Assembly: GCA_964016885.1 (NCBI GenBank)
Contig: OZ024745.1
Span: 4,154,001-4,218,000 of the forward strand
Length of the DNA stretch: 64,000 nt
Reading direction: 5' to 3'
Source: Eledone cirrhosa
Taxonomy: Eukaryota
This document shows positions 1 to 13,670 of the stretch, piece after piece. A model generated the notes under the pieces. The model had not been told where the DNA came from. It saw only the letters and a program-made list of their open reading frames with translations, and ran no database searches. The number at the start of each line of letters is the position of its first letter. Within the stretch, counting starts at the first letter, position 1. The translations under genes and the position numbers were made by a program.

Positions 1-682
1 GATAAGAAGAGCATCCAGCTGTAGAAAACTTGTCAGATAAAGAGTTGGGAGGTCTCTTCAGTTGTGTTAGAGACATAACCTCCCTAGTGTTGGTGCAATG
101 ATAAAATACACTTGGTAGAGCGCAGTGTCATATGTCAGAGACTCTACTTAAGTACTGATCTGTGGTGAAGGGAAGCGGACATTAAACAATGATGACAGTT
201 TATGATTGAAAGATATAAAAATATGCTCAATAGATTACAACTCTTACGTATTTTATTCTTTTAGTTAGAAGCTACCATTCCTAGGTATATCTCTCTGACT
301 CTCGTTATTAATGATCAACTGGTTAAATCTCTCTCTCTCTCATTTTACAGTTTTTTCTAATCATCAACTGCTCATATCTATGGTCTATAAATAACCTTCC
401 ATAAATACCAAACTAGTCTATTCTAGAATAACATGCTTGATAGATTCTAGATAAGGAAAGTCTAGAATATTGATTGTGATGTCAGCTGTTGTGAGAAACA
501 AAGTACTACCAATAAACTATAAATATAACTCATTAATCTGGCTAATTGTTAATCTATTTTAACTTCTGCTGCAATATGAATGGGGGGGGGCTAAAGTTTT
601 AAACTATTGATCACAGATAAATTGGATTTTATTCAGTTAGCCAGTGTTAAAAAGTTTGTCTTGTGTCCAGAGGCTCATGAAA

Positions 683-915
683 CCGGTGTTTATCCCAGTT
701 TCTGTGGTGTTAAGTAACTAAGAGTACAAGACATTCCCCTAGAAAGGACACCAGTTCATCACTATTGCTGGTACTCATTTTCAGCTGAGTATACTGGAGC
801 AACATGAAATGAAGTGTTTTGCTCGAGAATACAATACACAAGCCAGTCCAGGAATTAAACCCACAACATTATGATCATAAGTCCAACTCCCTTACTACTA
901 GGTCACGTGCCAGTG
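683..915 (-). mobile_element. Degenerate tRNA-derived SINE
   Basis: On -, a tRNA-like head followed by the 'aaacacttcatttcatgttgctccagt...actcagctg' body shared with other SINE copies. Confidence 0.65.
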
Positions 916-1315
916 TTACAAGGGACATCATCTGTCTTGAATGGCAAGAACTAAATATAGTTTATCAGCATGTTGGCTTATGTCACAAGTAGAGCAGTAT
1001 TGAGAACAACTCTTTTTCAAGAGATGATGTTGCCAAATCAGGCAGTAATTGAGTTTGTAACAATCAACTCAACTATGTAGTGCTAATAGACATCACCATG
1101 TGGTTTAAATGTTCTCTTTACAACCACAAGTTCAATTCCTCCCTTACTCATGACCTTGAGCAAATGTCTTCTACCATAGCTGTGAACTGATCAATATCTT
1201 GTGACAAACTACTGGGGCTTAACAGAAATCAATAACATTATCACTTATAGAGTTACGGCCCTTGACTTTCTGAGTTCAAATCCCGCCAAGGTTAACTTTG
1301 CCTTTCATCCTTACA

Positions 1316-2977
1316 AAATAGTGTCATGGTGCCATGTTACATGACAAATAGTGTCATGTAACATGACCAAATAGTGTCATGGTACCATGTTACATGACAA
1401 ATAGTGTCATGGTACCATGTTACATGACAAATAGTGTCATGGTACCATGTTACATGACCAAATAGTGTCATGGTACAATGTTACATGACAAATAGTGTCA
1501 TGGTACCATGTTACATGACCAAATAGTGTCATGGTACCATGTTACATGACAAATAGTGTCATGGTACCATGTTACATGACCAAATAGTGTCATGGTGCCA
1601 TGTTACATGACAAATAGTGTCATGGTACCATGTTACATGACAAATAGTGTCATGGTACCATGTTACATGACAAATAGTGTCATGGTACCATGTTACATGA
1701 CAAATAGTGTCATGGTACCATGTTACATGACAAATAGTGTCATGGTACCATGTTACATGACCAAATAGTGTCATGGTACCATGTTACATGACCAAATAGT
1801 GTCATGGTACAATGTTACATGACAAATAGTGTCATGGTACCATGTTACATGACCAAATAGTGTCATGGTACCATGTTACATGACAAATAGTGTCATGGTA
1901 CCATGTTACATGACCAAATAGTGTCATGGTACCATGTTACATGACAAATAGTGTCATGGTACCATGTTACATGACAAATAGTGTCATGGTGCCATGTTAC
2001 ATGACAAATAGTGTCATGGTACCATGTTACATGACCAAATAGTGTCATGGTACCATGTTACATGACAAATAGTGTCATGGTACCATGTTACATGACAAAT
2101 AGTGTCATGGTGCCATGTTACATGACAAATAGTGTCATGGTGCCATGTTACATGACCAAATAGTGTCATGGTACCATGTTACATGACAAATAGTGTCATG
2201 GTACCATGTTACATGACCAAATAGTGTCATGGTACCATGTTACATGATAAATAGTGTCATGGTACCATGTTACATGATAAATAGTGTCATGGTGCCACAT
2301 TACATAACCAAATAGTGTCATGGAGCCATGTTACATGACCAAATAGTGTCATGGTGCCATGTAACATGACTAAATAGTGTCATGGTGCCATGTTACATGA
2401 CAAATAGTGTCATGGTGCCATGTTACATGACAAATAGTGTCATGGTGCCATGTTACATGACTAAATAGTGTCATGGTGCCATGTTACATGACAAATAGTG
2501 TCATGGTGCCATGTTACATGACAAATGGTGCCATGTAACATGACCAAATAGTGTCATGGTGCCATGTTACATGACAAATAGTGTCATGGTGCCATGTTAC
2601 ATGACAAATAGTGTCATGGTGCCATGTTACATGACTAAATAGTGTCATGGTGCCATGTTACATGACAAATAGTGTCATGGTGCCATGTAACATGACCAAA
2701 TAGTGTCATGGTGCCATGTAACATGACCAAATAGTGTCATGGTACCATGTAACATGACCAAATAGTGTCATGGTACCATGTAACATGACAAATAGTGTCA
2801 TGGTGCCATGTTACATGACAAATGGTGCCATGTAACATGACCAAATAGTGTCATGGTGCCATGTAACATGACCAAATAGTGTCATGGTACCATGTAACAT
2901 GACTAAATAGTGTCATGTTACCTTGTAACATGACTAAATAGTGTCATGTTGCCATGTTACATGACTAAATCATGTCA
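1316..2977. repeat. 29-30 bp palindromic minisatellite (~55 units)
   Basis: Unit aaatagtgtcatggtaccatgttacatgac(c), head-to-tail, no spacers. Confidence 0.97.
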
Positions 2978-3212
2978 CTTTCCTCTCTTTATTTTGTGAG
3001 AATTGGCGACCGGCAATTAGTATTAGCAAGGGAAAACCTAAAGGAAACATCATTTCCTTGGTCCGATCTTATGATCATATACTTTTTCCTCTCTTTAACA
3101 ATTGTTTTCTAGTTAACACTTTTCCCAACAATTTCTTTCCTAACATTTAATTTGATGTTTTTATAACATTTTACTTCAAAATCTGTCATGTTTTTCTCCC
3201 ATTCAGACTCTC

Positions 3213-3428
3213 AAGTGGTAACACAACAGTTCACCATACCGAGAACAATTGTTTCACCTTAGCGGATCCTCAGCTCGTATATATCTATAAGTGGTAACAC
3301 AACAGTTCACCATACCGAGAACAATTGTTTCACCTTAGCGGATCCTCAGCTCGTATATATCTATAAGTGGTAACACAACAGTTGACCATACCGAGAACGA
3401 TTGTTACACCTCAGCGGATCCTCAGCTC

Positions 3429-3433
<5 letters not shown>
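3213..3433 (-). ncRNA. Three 76-bp tandem units, each with a minimal type-I hammerhead-like motif
   Basis: On -: CGAG-CUGAGGA-UCCGCUAAGGU-GAAA-CAAUUG-UU-CUCG. The copy at 3388-3433 has GUAA instead of GAAA. Confidence 0.65.
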
Positions 3434-3500
<67 letters not shown>

Positions 3501-3547
3501 TTTCACAATACTGGTTGTAACTAAAAACTAGTATTTCTTTAGCAATA

Positions 3548-3732
3548 GGGCGGTGGATTGGCAGTATCAGTAGAGGGTCGGACGCCATGCTTTCAAGCAT
3601 AGTTACGTCCCTTTACGATCTGAGTTCAAATCCCGCCGAGGTTGACTTTGCCTTTCATCCTTACGGGGTCAATAAAATAAAGTACCAGTAATGCACTGGG
3701 TAATTGCTGGCCTTGTGCCTAAAGTAGAAACA
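3548..3732 (+). mobile_element. tRNA-derived SINE with 18-bp TSD
   Basis: A/B-box-like head (gagttcaaatccc). TSD agtatttctttagcaata at 3530-3547 and 3733-3750. Related copies at about 1240-1315, 11785-12075, 14718-14905 and 49436-49605. Confidence 0.88.
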
Positions 3733-3980
3733 AGTATTTCTTTAGCAATATATCATTGTTGTTGCTATTAACGTTATTCTGAGTAGGCTGGTGTTGCTCA
3801 ACTGCCTCACTCTCACAAGTAACAGTGTTATGTCAGTTATTTAGCTTTGATAACAAACAAGTGATATTGTTCCATTTCAACAGGTCTTTTGCAGTAATTC
3901 AGTAGATGGTATGACAAAGTGGATGGTAAGAACATGATTTGTGAACCATTATATCAGTGTATTTTGTATTCTCATTGCAG

Positions 3981-4147
3981 TGGAAGTCGAAACAACAAAA
4001 CCTTCAAACCAAAGAAGAACATACCCGAAGGTACACATCAGTATGATCTGATGAAACATGCTGCTGCCACTTTAGGTAGTGGTAACTTACGTATGGCTGT
4101 GTTGCTCCCTGAAGGTGAAGACCTTAATGAATGGGTCGCTGTCAATA
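3981..4147 (+). CDS. MOB1: MOB kinase activator 1, coding exon (second; first ~14-nt coding exon not located)
   Basis: Translates GSRNNKTFKPKKNIPEGTHQYDLMKHAAATLGSGNLRMAVLLPEGEDLNEWVAVN, the MOB1 N-terminus. Acceptor ttgcag ends at 3980; donor gtaagt starts at 4148. Confidence 0.96.
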
Positions 4148-5007
4148 GTAAGTAACCTCAGTCCACATAATATCTCATTCCTATTTCAAGTGTTAACTTC
4201 CACTCCACTCATCTATGTCTATTTTTCCACGCTTGTATGAGACAAGTCAAGTCCAGAGACAGTATTTTGACTTGGTTTCTACAGCCCTTCTGCCAACCAT
4301 GTTACAATGTACTCCACTCCATTTTTTTCTTTTGTCTCTTCCTACCTGTATCTCCACCCCACCCTGTCTTTCACAGTGTTATTCTGTATGGGTAGAGGCA
4401 CTGGACTGCTTCTTCACAGATTGTCACTTGAAATCCCAGCATTTCATTGTATTTCTTGGTATTTCTACATTTCCTCTATTCACCTAGAATGGTAGATCAT
4501 CAGTGAATGGTATCTGATCTGAGTAATGTATCGCTATGTACTTATTGAAAATGGAACTGACTACCATCTCTTTAAGAGATCAATGTTCACTTCTTATGTT
4601 ATACGTTTCACTGTCATACAACCAACAATATCTCACATATCGAATCTATGAGATTTTGATATTATTTATTTTGAGAACAATACCTTAACATAAGTACGAG
4701 TGGCTTGTTACGGATGGTTTGAACAGAAAGAGGTGAGAGAATTCTGGCCAGTTTAAATGCTAAAGGGTTAAGGGGCAGTCCATGTTTTGGTCCCAGTCAA
4801 CAGGATGGAAATGACAGATTGATTAGAGTATTGAACAATCTACTAGATCAATGAGAGAAATAAATTGATAATTGATCTTCAATCTTAAAAACAAAATTGA
4901 AAAATATCAACAATTTCAATACCAACTTAACTTGGCATTTAGGTAATAAAAAGATTATTTCTAAAACTTATTTTTGGTTCTAACTGTTGAGTTTTCTTCA
5001 ATTTCAG

Positions 5008-5235
5008 CCGTCGATTTCTTTAATCAAATTAACATGCTTTATGGAACAATCACAGAATTTTGCACAGAAGAGAGTTGTGCAGTAATGTCTGCCGGTCCAA
5101 AATATGAATACCATTGGGCTGATGGACAGACTGTGAAAAAACCAATCAAGTGTTCAGCCCCTAAATATATTGATTATCTGATGACTTGGGTACAAGACCA
5201 GTTGGATGATGAAACCTTATTTCCGTCTAAAATAG
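5008..5235 (+). CDS. MOB1: MOB1 coding exon
   Basis: (T)VDFFNQINMLYGTITEFCTEESCAVMSAGPKYEYHWADG...DDETLFPSKIG. Acceptor tttcag, donor gtatgt; phase matches the neighbouring exons. Confidence 0.97.
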
Positions 5236-5582
5236 GTATGTCATTTAGACTTTCTTTCAATAGAAATCTTGGCTTTTTTTTTTATATAAAAATAAAATCT
5301 TTCTTTGAGAACTCAACCAGATGAATAATTAGCCCTTTTATTATCATATTTCTAATGAAAGACCCTATCTGTCATTAACCCTTTTATTACCATATTTCTA
5401 ATTAAAGACCCTATCTCATTTTCAAATAATTTTGAAAATAATCAAGACTAGTAGTATAATTATCTTGTTCATTATTTAGCTGATGTTTGGAACATAACTT
5501 AACAAAGGTTCTTACATAAAATTATGATGGAAGGTTTTTAGATAAATATAAACGCTTTAAAACAAAGAGTTTTGTATTCTAT

Positions 5583-5918
5583 GGAGGCTCATGGCTTAGT
5601 GGTTAGAGCATTGGCTTTGCAATCAAAAGGTTGTGAGTTCAATTCTCAGACCAGGTGATGTGTTGTTTCCTTGAGCAAGACACTTTATTTCACATTGCTC
5701 CAGTTTACTCAGCTGTAGAGTGGAATGATAGGGACCCCAGTCCCTATCATTCCACTGCAAAGTGGTCGTGGAGGTGCCACGGCAAAAAAGCACCCAGCAC
5801 TCACTGTAAATGAGGTTGGTGTTAGGAAGGGCATCCAGCTGTAGAAATCAAGCCAGAATCAGTTCCCATCCCACCCTTGCAAGCAGGGAAAAGTGGACGT
5901 AAAATGATGATGATGATG
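5583..5918 (+). mobile_element. tRNA-derived SINE with RTE-derived tail
   Basis: tggcttagtggttagagc...gagttcaattct head, conserved body, RTE-UTR segment, (GAT)n tail. Confidence 0.9.
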
Positions 5919-6280
5919 GTTAATTTAACAGATGACTTTATATAAAACATTTCATTATAGCATTAATGAGTAGTCAAAATTTAGCTGAATGATATCTTGT
6001 GTGAAGGACATGACAACCTCCTTAGTGTTGGTGATTTACACAATAAAAGCACCCAGTACACTCTGTAAAGTGGTTGGTGATAGGAAGGGTATCCAGTTGT
6101 AGATAGCTTGCCAAACAAAGGGTTGGGAGGACCCTTCAGTTGTCAAAGACATGACAACCTCTACTGTGCACTTGATAGAATGTATGACTGTACATAAGCA
6201 GGATACAAACCCCTTGGCCTGTCTGGGAGGTCAGTAGCCCTGTTTCAGTTCTGACTTGGTCTATATAGACTGTCCAACAA

Positions 6281-6576
6281 GGGTCAGCTGAAAAGTTCAT
6301 AGGCTGACCAAGATACTCTCATGGAATGACCAAATGAGGTTTATTTTTCAACATAGTCCCTGGAAAGAAACAATGCAGTTATTAATAAGAAGAGCTGAAA
6401 TTAATGCAGGTAAGATTTCACAGCTCTAGCATCATAGGCTGACCAACATACTATCATGGAATGACCAAAACAATGCAGTTATCAATTAATAAGAAAACTT
6501 GAAATTAATGTATGCAAGATTTCACAGCTCTAGCATCAATCCTTCATAGTCAGCCTATGAACTTTTCATCCGACCC
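6281..6576. mobile_element. Tc1/mariner-type MITE in MOB1 intron
   Basis: About 28-bp TIRs gggtcagctgaaaagttcataggctgac / gtcagcctatgaacttttcatccgaccc, with an internal duplication. Confidence 0.8.
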
Positions 6577-6713
6577 ATTAAGTGTAATATAGTTTCCATC
6601 ATTAAACTAAATATTGAAGTCCTACCCTATTAATTGGAAGTCTTAAATTTAATCAACTCGTTAATCTATATCCTGAATATGGTTTTTACTGATTGTTTTG
6701 TTTCTTTCTACAG

Positions 6714-6955
6714 GTGTACCATTCCCAAAGAATTTTTTGTCAATAGCAAAAACTATTCTGAAACGCTTGTTCCGGGTGTATGCACATATTTATCACCAAC
6801 ATTTCAGAGAAGTGGTACAGTTGAGTGAAGAAGCCCACTTAAACACATCTTTCAAGCACTTCATATTCTTTGTCCAGGAATTTAACTTGATAGACCGTCG
6901 TGAACTTGCCCCACTGCAGGAACTTATAGACAAACTAACCAGCAAAGAAAGATAA
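6714..6955 (+). CDS. MOB1: MOB1 last coding exon
   Basis: (G)VPFPKNFLSIAKTILKRLFRVYAHIYHQHF...LAPLQELIDKLTSKER*. Acceptor ctacag. With an assumed 14-nt first exon the protein is 216 aa, typical of MOB1. Confidence 0.97.
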
Positions 6956-7341
6956 ACAGCACAGAAGCACATGCACAACTACACACAAACACCTAACATG
7001 TTGCTACACCCGTAAACGAAAACTTATGCCATTCTTTCCTCCAGATATTAAACTGTGAGACTGAGCAAAAATTACAACTTTTTTCCTTCTGGGGTTAACA
7101 ATTTGACATGAGTTGAAAAAACAATTTTTGCAAGCAAGGGATTATTTTTATTGCATTTTTACTGCTGTTCCTGAAAGGAAAAAAATGAAACAGTAATATT
7201 GCCAAGATAGGCTGCCAAAAACTGGAAATATGGTGAGGGAACTCTCAAGCAACCAATATAATTCTCCGCTTATATTGTGTGCTAGAAATTAAACAAATTT
7301 TACTTTGTAATACGCACATAAACACACACAAACATACACAC

Positions 7342-7380
<39 letters not shown>

Positions 7381-8032
7381 TATATCTATTTAGCCTTGAC
7401 CATTCTTTACCAGACAGCTTGTAGTTTCTCTGCAAGTGTTTGTTATAAGTTTCTTTTTGTTTTATTTTTTTTAACTCGGTGTAAAATTGATACAGTTTAC
7501 TGCTTTCGGTCCTTGTTTGATCCATTTGAAATTTAAAGGAAGAAAGAATAGGTGGTCAAATTTATTATTAAGAAAACTTCAAATTCTAAATAGAACTTGT
7601 TCTCTCATTTGCTTCATATATTTATGTGTGTCATGGTTTGCTTTTGATTTTTGTTCGTTTCTGTTTGTTTTATTTAAATAATTTTTCTATCCTTTTGGGA
7701 GATTTTTAAAACATGATCCAATATCATTTTTTTTACTGTAGTTGCTTGTTTCTAGGTTTCTAGTTTTATAAACTTCTAAATACAAATTGCAAACTCTGTC
7801 CATGTAGGCATTATATATATATATATATATAAAGGATGTATGTATGTGCATGTATAATGAGAGAACAGTTGAATTGTTTTATATCATTTTTCTTTTTTTG
7901 TTCCGTTTAAGTCTTTTTTTTTTTGTTGCGTCAACTGAGTTATAAGGAGAGTTCTCATTCTTCAGCTTAGAATATTGAGTTTGTTTTGTATAGAAACTTC
8001 AGTTCTGCCCAAGCCAACTGCTGCTGTGAGAA

Positions 8033-8038
8033 AATAAA
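8033..8038 (+). promoter_or_regulatory. Candidate MOB1 polyadenylation signal
   Basis: AATAAA after about 1.1 kb of AT-rich putative 3' UTR. Other AATAAA hexamers exist nearby. Confidence 0.35.
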
Positions 8039-11000
8039 AAAACATTTTAAAGAGATATATGCTAACATTTCAACAAATTTACAAAATCAAATATTAAAAA
8101 AAAAGGAAAAGACATTTAAAGGGTAAAAAGATGAGTGAAGAATTTTTTAAATGATTTTTTGATGAGATGAAAAAAAATTGTTTTCTAAAACAATATACTA
8201 AAATAAAACAAAATAAAAACAACACAGGAAAATCTGGTTTATCAGTTAATTTGTTTTGAGAGTAACTGAGTGTAAACTTCAATGTGTGTGACAGGTAAAT
8301 ACCACACTTTTATAACTTCATGTTACTTTTATATTTCAGCTCTCATTACCTCCTAGTTTGCAGATAAACTGGTGATATCTGTTATGGTTAAACTGGTGTA
8401 AACTGAATGACTACAAATATCAGTTTCTAATCAGAAAACTTCACAAGATTCACAGAGAAAGTCTTATATTAAACTAACAACTCCCTATTGACTTCCAGAA
8501 GAGACTTGAAAAGTGTAGTATGTTGAATGTTACCATATAACTGGTTATTAGGTTTATTAAAGTATCGTTGTTTGGTGGTTAATTGACCGTCTTTAAAAGT
8601 AGGATAGAATGGTTTGCTGTATTTCAGCTCTCTGTTCTCTTACTTGAAATACCACCAAGGTCAACGTTTTCATCCATTCGAGGTCGATAAAAAATGAAGT
8701 GCCATTCTAATACCAGGGTCGGTTCTTCTTCTGGTTTGTGTTGGACCTCTATCAGTTCCAACAATGAGTGTTTCAGATGTTTGGTCAGTGGTAAAACTAT
8801 CCATGTAATTAATGAGTAAGTGATTGAGCATTCTACATAATTCTCAGGGAGATTTAGCATAACACAAGGTTTAATACACAATGTTTAATGCTTTTTATTC
8901 CAGTTCAGTGGACAAGAACATGAAATAAAGTGCCAGGCACCATTGGAGAAACAAACTCTTGATCCTGAACTAAACACCCTAACCACATCTTCATGTTTTG
9001 GGATCACAAACACACACAAGTATCCTTTGGTTAGATTTGATCTCAAGCTATTACAGTAATGTTCAACTTTTACGTATTTGAATATTTAATATGCCCCAGC
9101 TAGGCCATAGTTTAAGTACTGAAACCAGTAAAAGAAGGAATATTTACTTTCAAATTTTTATATATAACAATTTCTTTTTTACCCCAGAAAATAATACAGT
9201 TAGAAATAAAATATGAGACTAGCAGTTTGATGAATACTTCTTTATCACCTTCAATGTATTCTAATATATAATAAGTGTCTACAAAATACTAAGATTCCTT
9301 GCCAATTATATTATCTGCCTGACAATTATTATATCTTCCTTGTATGTTCCATTTTTGACATGATTTATATGGCTGAGTGCCCTGTTCTATCACCAACCAG
9401 TTTGCAATGTGTCTGGGTTGTTTTTATTCTGACACCAGCACTGGTATTGTATGGATCTGTAACTCCCAAAGGAGTCATGGGGGTGTTATATTGACATAGG
9501 GGCATTTTAAAACCTGGTGGAGCCCATCTCCAGGTCTGAAATCAGCAGATTTCTTCCAGAGAGTGAGAAAGAGATATAAAGGAAGAATCAATCTTGGTAC
9601 TTTTTTTATCAACTTTAAAAGGCCAAGATGATGTCTGCAGGATTTGAACTCAGAGAGAAGAGAGCCAGAACAAATACTGCAAAACATTCTATCTGATGTT
9701 CCAATGACTCTGCCGATACTTAGAGAGATTATTTTAGTCTCCAGCAATATTCCTTATCCTCGTCCAAACCATGCTGGGACAGGCAATACTCCACAATGCA
9801 CTGCCAGACATCACCCACTCTCTTTAAGGCCACTTCCACACTCCCACATTTAGCTTGCCCCACACCACCACTGCCTTCCCAGGGACATTATGTGCACCAC
9901 TCCAGCATTGTAGTGCTGCTGCCACAATAAAATGCACTCAGCCAACTCTGTAAAGTGGTAGTACGGGTGCCATGATAAATTGCACCCAGCACATGCTATG
10001 ATGTATTTGGCATTAGGATGGGCATGTAGCCATAGAAACCATATCAAAATGTATGGGCAAGATTCCATCATCTGACCTGATTAGCCTCAGAACATAACAT
10101 CTCATCCAACATATTCAAGCATGGAAAATCGATGTAAAACTGAGGATGATATATAAGAAAAGTGCAGGAACTACAGAAGGCAGGAAAATTTGGAATCATC
10201 ATCATCATCATCATAATCATTCAATGTCCATTTTTCCTGCTAGTGTGGGTTAGATAAGTTTTCCCATTGTGAGGCAAGTCAGAACAGGTGATCGTGTCTT
10301 ACTCGTACAGAAATGTTTCTGGCTTGGTTTCTACAGCTGGATGCCTTTCCTAACCATACACAATACAGAGTGGACCGAGTGCTTTTTGTCATGGTAAAAG
10401 CTGACTTCATGAAGAATATGCAGGACTGAGTTGACTAGCAACATTCCATATTGCAAGGGACCAATTTTCTCAGGTGTACAGGATTAAACGAGTATGCGAG
10501 AATAGTAGTTTGCACTAATCTCTCTCATACATTTGCCCCCATCTTAATACTTCTCCGGTCTCGCTACCCCACATTAGTCCTTCCCTACTCACTTCCTCAT
10601 CTCCAACTCTTTCCAGCGTGGAAAGACAGCCTCCAGCCCAACACAGATATACTCCCTCACATACAAAAAGCTGGGTATATTCCACCTCATACCACATTAA
10701 AATACTCAGATTGGGTTGGGAAGGACATCTGGCCCTGGAAGCCATCCCAAAATGGAGTGTGAATGGGATTACCCTAGTCTGAGTGACGGCCCATCCGGCT
10801 CTGGGCATGTATGGAAAATAAATGTTTAACAATGACGAGGATGATGTGCAGTCCCTTCCCCACATCCAGACTCCCAGTACACTGATTGGCTTTAGGAAGG
10901 GCACCAAGCCAAAGTGTATGAAACAAGATGTGGTCAGCTGACCTGTCTAGACCATGACAGCTTGATTAACTCGTGTAAACAAGGAAAATAGACATTAAAC

Positions 11001-12375
11001 AGTGATGATGGTATATATGATTAACAGAAAATAATTTGTGTGTGTGTGTGATTAACAGAAAATAATTTATATCATCACGTATATATGTGTGTATCCCCTT
11101 GCAAGTAGGGAAAAACATATATAAAATGATGATATATATATATGTAAATGTATATAATGTGTGTGTATGTGTATATATATATATAACAGCTGAAATATAT
11201 TTATGCTATGGTAGGAAGAACTAAAGTCCCAGATAATATTTCACTTAGCAATCATATACGTCAGAGTGATGACAGGTGTTTCATTCTTTACCTGTGTAAT
11301 TACTGACCTTTTGTCTAATACTTGTTTATTCTGTAAATTTAAACATAGAAATTGTTAACGTGTTACTTGGATGAGCAACAAGAAACTAAGCAGCATTTAT
11401 TGTCTTAGACAACTTTCTATATAATGTTTATTGTTAGTGAGATCAGGTATTGATGGCATAACTATATGTCCCAGGAGGGGGCAGACAAAATACTTTGTGG
11501 TGTTTTGTGGTTAGAAAGTTGGATTGACAATGGTGAGGTTATGAGTTCAATTCCTGGACCAGTGATACATTATATCCTTCATCAAGACACTTCATGTAGC
11601 TCTGGCAGGAGTTGGAACCTGTAAATAGTATCACCAATGAAAACATTTCCTTGGTTTGATTTGATGCCCAAGGTTTACCATGGTGGGATTTGAACCCAGA
11701 ACAAATACCACAATGGCATTTTGTCCAATGCTCTACCAATTCTGCCAATCTACCCCTCTTTGTTTGCTATTAATATTGAATTCTATTATAGGCACAAGGC
11801 CAACAATTTTGGGGTATGGGGAAAGTCAATTAAATCAACTCCACTGCGTTACTGGTACTTTATTTTATCGACCTTGGAAGGCAAAGGTAACCTTGGTTGG
11901 ATTTGAACTCAACTAATTCTACCAACCTTACTCTTGCTAATAATAATTGTTTCTACATTTGGCACAAGGCCAGCAATTACCTGTAAGGATGAAAGGCAAA
12001 GTTAACTCAGACTGTAAAGGGCCGTAACTCTATGCTGCAAAGCATGGCGTCCAACCTTCTACCGTTACTGCCACTCTTGCTATTAATAATGGTAACAAGG
12101 ATTAATTGTTATTGTCTTCCATCTGATTCTACAATTGTCAATGTTAACAGCAAAATATATTTTCTACTAGACATTAGGTCAACCTCAATATTTTGCAGCT
12201 TAAAGATCAATTTAAAATCATTTAATATATTGATTTCTTATCAGTTAAACTCTCAGACAGAAAAACATCTATTTGTGAGCTCTACATTTATAGCCAGCTA
12301 TTTTTAAAAGCATCAAACTCTAGGTTGTTCTCTTAGAAAACTCAATAACAAATAATACATGTAACATATATAAGT

Positions 12376-12603
12376 TAACCCTTTACCATTTACATTACTC
12401 TATATATAATATTATATTTTCGCAGTAAACACTTTATCTTACTTAATTATATCACATTATATCGAATCTATGAGATTTTGATGCTACCTATTTTCAGAAC
12501 AATACCTTAACATCAGTATGAGTGGCCAGTTACGGCTGGTTTCAACAGAAAGAGGTGAGAGACTCCTGGCCGGATATGGACGGTTTAAATGCTAAAAAGT
12601 TAA
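12376..12603. mobile_element. TTAA-flanked MITE (piggyBac-like ends)
   Basis: ttaaccctttaccatt...aatgctaaaaagttaa. A homologous partial copy lies at about 4630-4771. Confidence 0.6.
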
Positions 12604-13289
12604 ACTAGAAACAAATAATTACTTTGACAGAAGACATATTTTAGTATCTTGAATCACAGACAAGATTACAATATCTAAAGAAACAGAAATATGTCAGACT
12701 AGAAGAGATGGGGTGGGGGGCAGCTAAGGCAAAGCAAGGTACTTTGATAAAGAATTACCTTTTTATATAAATTGGTCTAGTACTTTTACTCTGTTCTGCT
12801 ATTTATAAATATATCATGTACACTATATATATATATAGTAATAATAATAATAATAAATACGCTCCACATATGACGTATTTTCAGTTCATTGCCAGAGAAC
12901 GTCTCTATGAACCACCTAAGAGAATATTAGTCTACGAATTCTTTTATACCTAAACGTGGTTTTGTCTTTGCGTGTAATTGTTTTTCACCGCTCCAAATAA
13001 TGACGTATTATATTCATTTTTTCCCGTTCTTTGCCAGGGAACGTTTCCACGAACCAAAGTATCGTCTTCCTGTCTTCCTCCGGTTGCAACGTTTTTTGAA
13101 ATATTCACTTCTGCGTTCACAGATTGACTTTGTTCCCGTTAAGGGTGAAAGCAGCGATTCTTTGCTTAAACTTTAATCTGTTATTTTAATAAATATATAT
13201 ATATATATATCCAACCCATACCAGCATCGAACCAGCTATAAAACACAACAATGATGAACATAAGGATTATATATATATATAATCAGTGA

Positions 13290-13670
13290 AGGCACATGGC
13301 TTAGTGGTTAGAGCATTGGCCTTACAATCGAAAGGTTGTGAGTTCAATTCTCAGACCGGGTGATGTGTTGTTTCCTTGAGCAAGACACTTTATTTCACAT
13401 GGCTCCAGTTTACTCAGCTGTAGAAATGAGATGATAGGGGTCCCTATCATTCCACTGTAAACTGGACGTGGAGGTGCCATGGAAAAAAGGCACCCAGCAC
13501 TCACTGTAAATGAGGTTGGTGTTAGGAAGGGCATCCAGCTGTAGAAATCAAGCCAGAATCAGTTCCTGTATGAGCAAGACAAGGTCAGCCAACCGGACAC
13601 TGCCCACAACAGGACAACCCGTCTAACCCATGCTAGCGTGGAAGAACGGACGTAAAACGGTGATGATGAT
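13290..13670 (+). mobile_element. tRNA-derived SINE with RTE family A tail
   Basis: Same head and body as the 5583 copy; its 3' part matches the RTE 3' UTR at about 18690-18890. Confidence 0.9.

Noticed and set aside
1316-2977. CRISPR-like array (30-bp palindromic repeats)
   Set aside because: No unique spacers, no cas genes, eukaryotic context.
3919-3980. In-frame upstream start for MOB1
   Set aside because: Intronic sequence before a good acceptor; the expected MSFLF-type start lies in an unlocated upstream exon.
5583-5655. tRNA gene
   Set aside because: tRNA-like A/B boxes are a SINE head with no proper acceptor stem; the same applies at 13290, 36545 and 3548.
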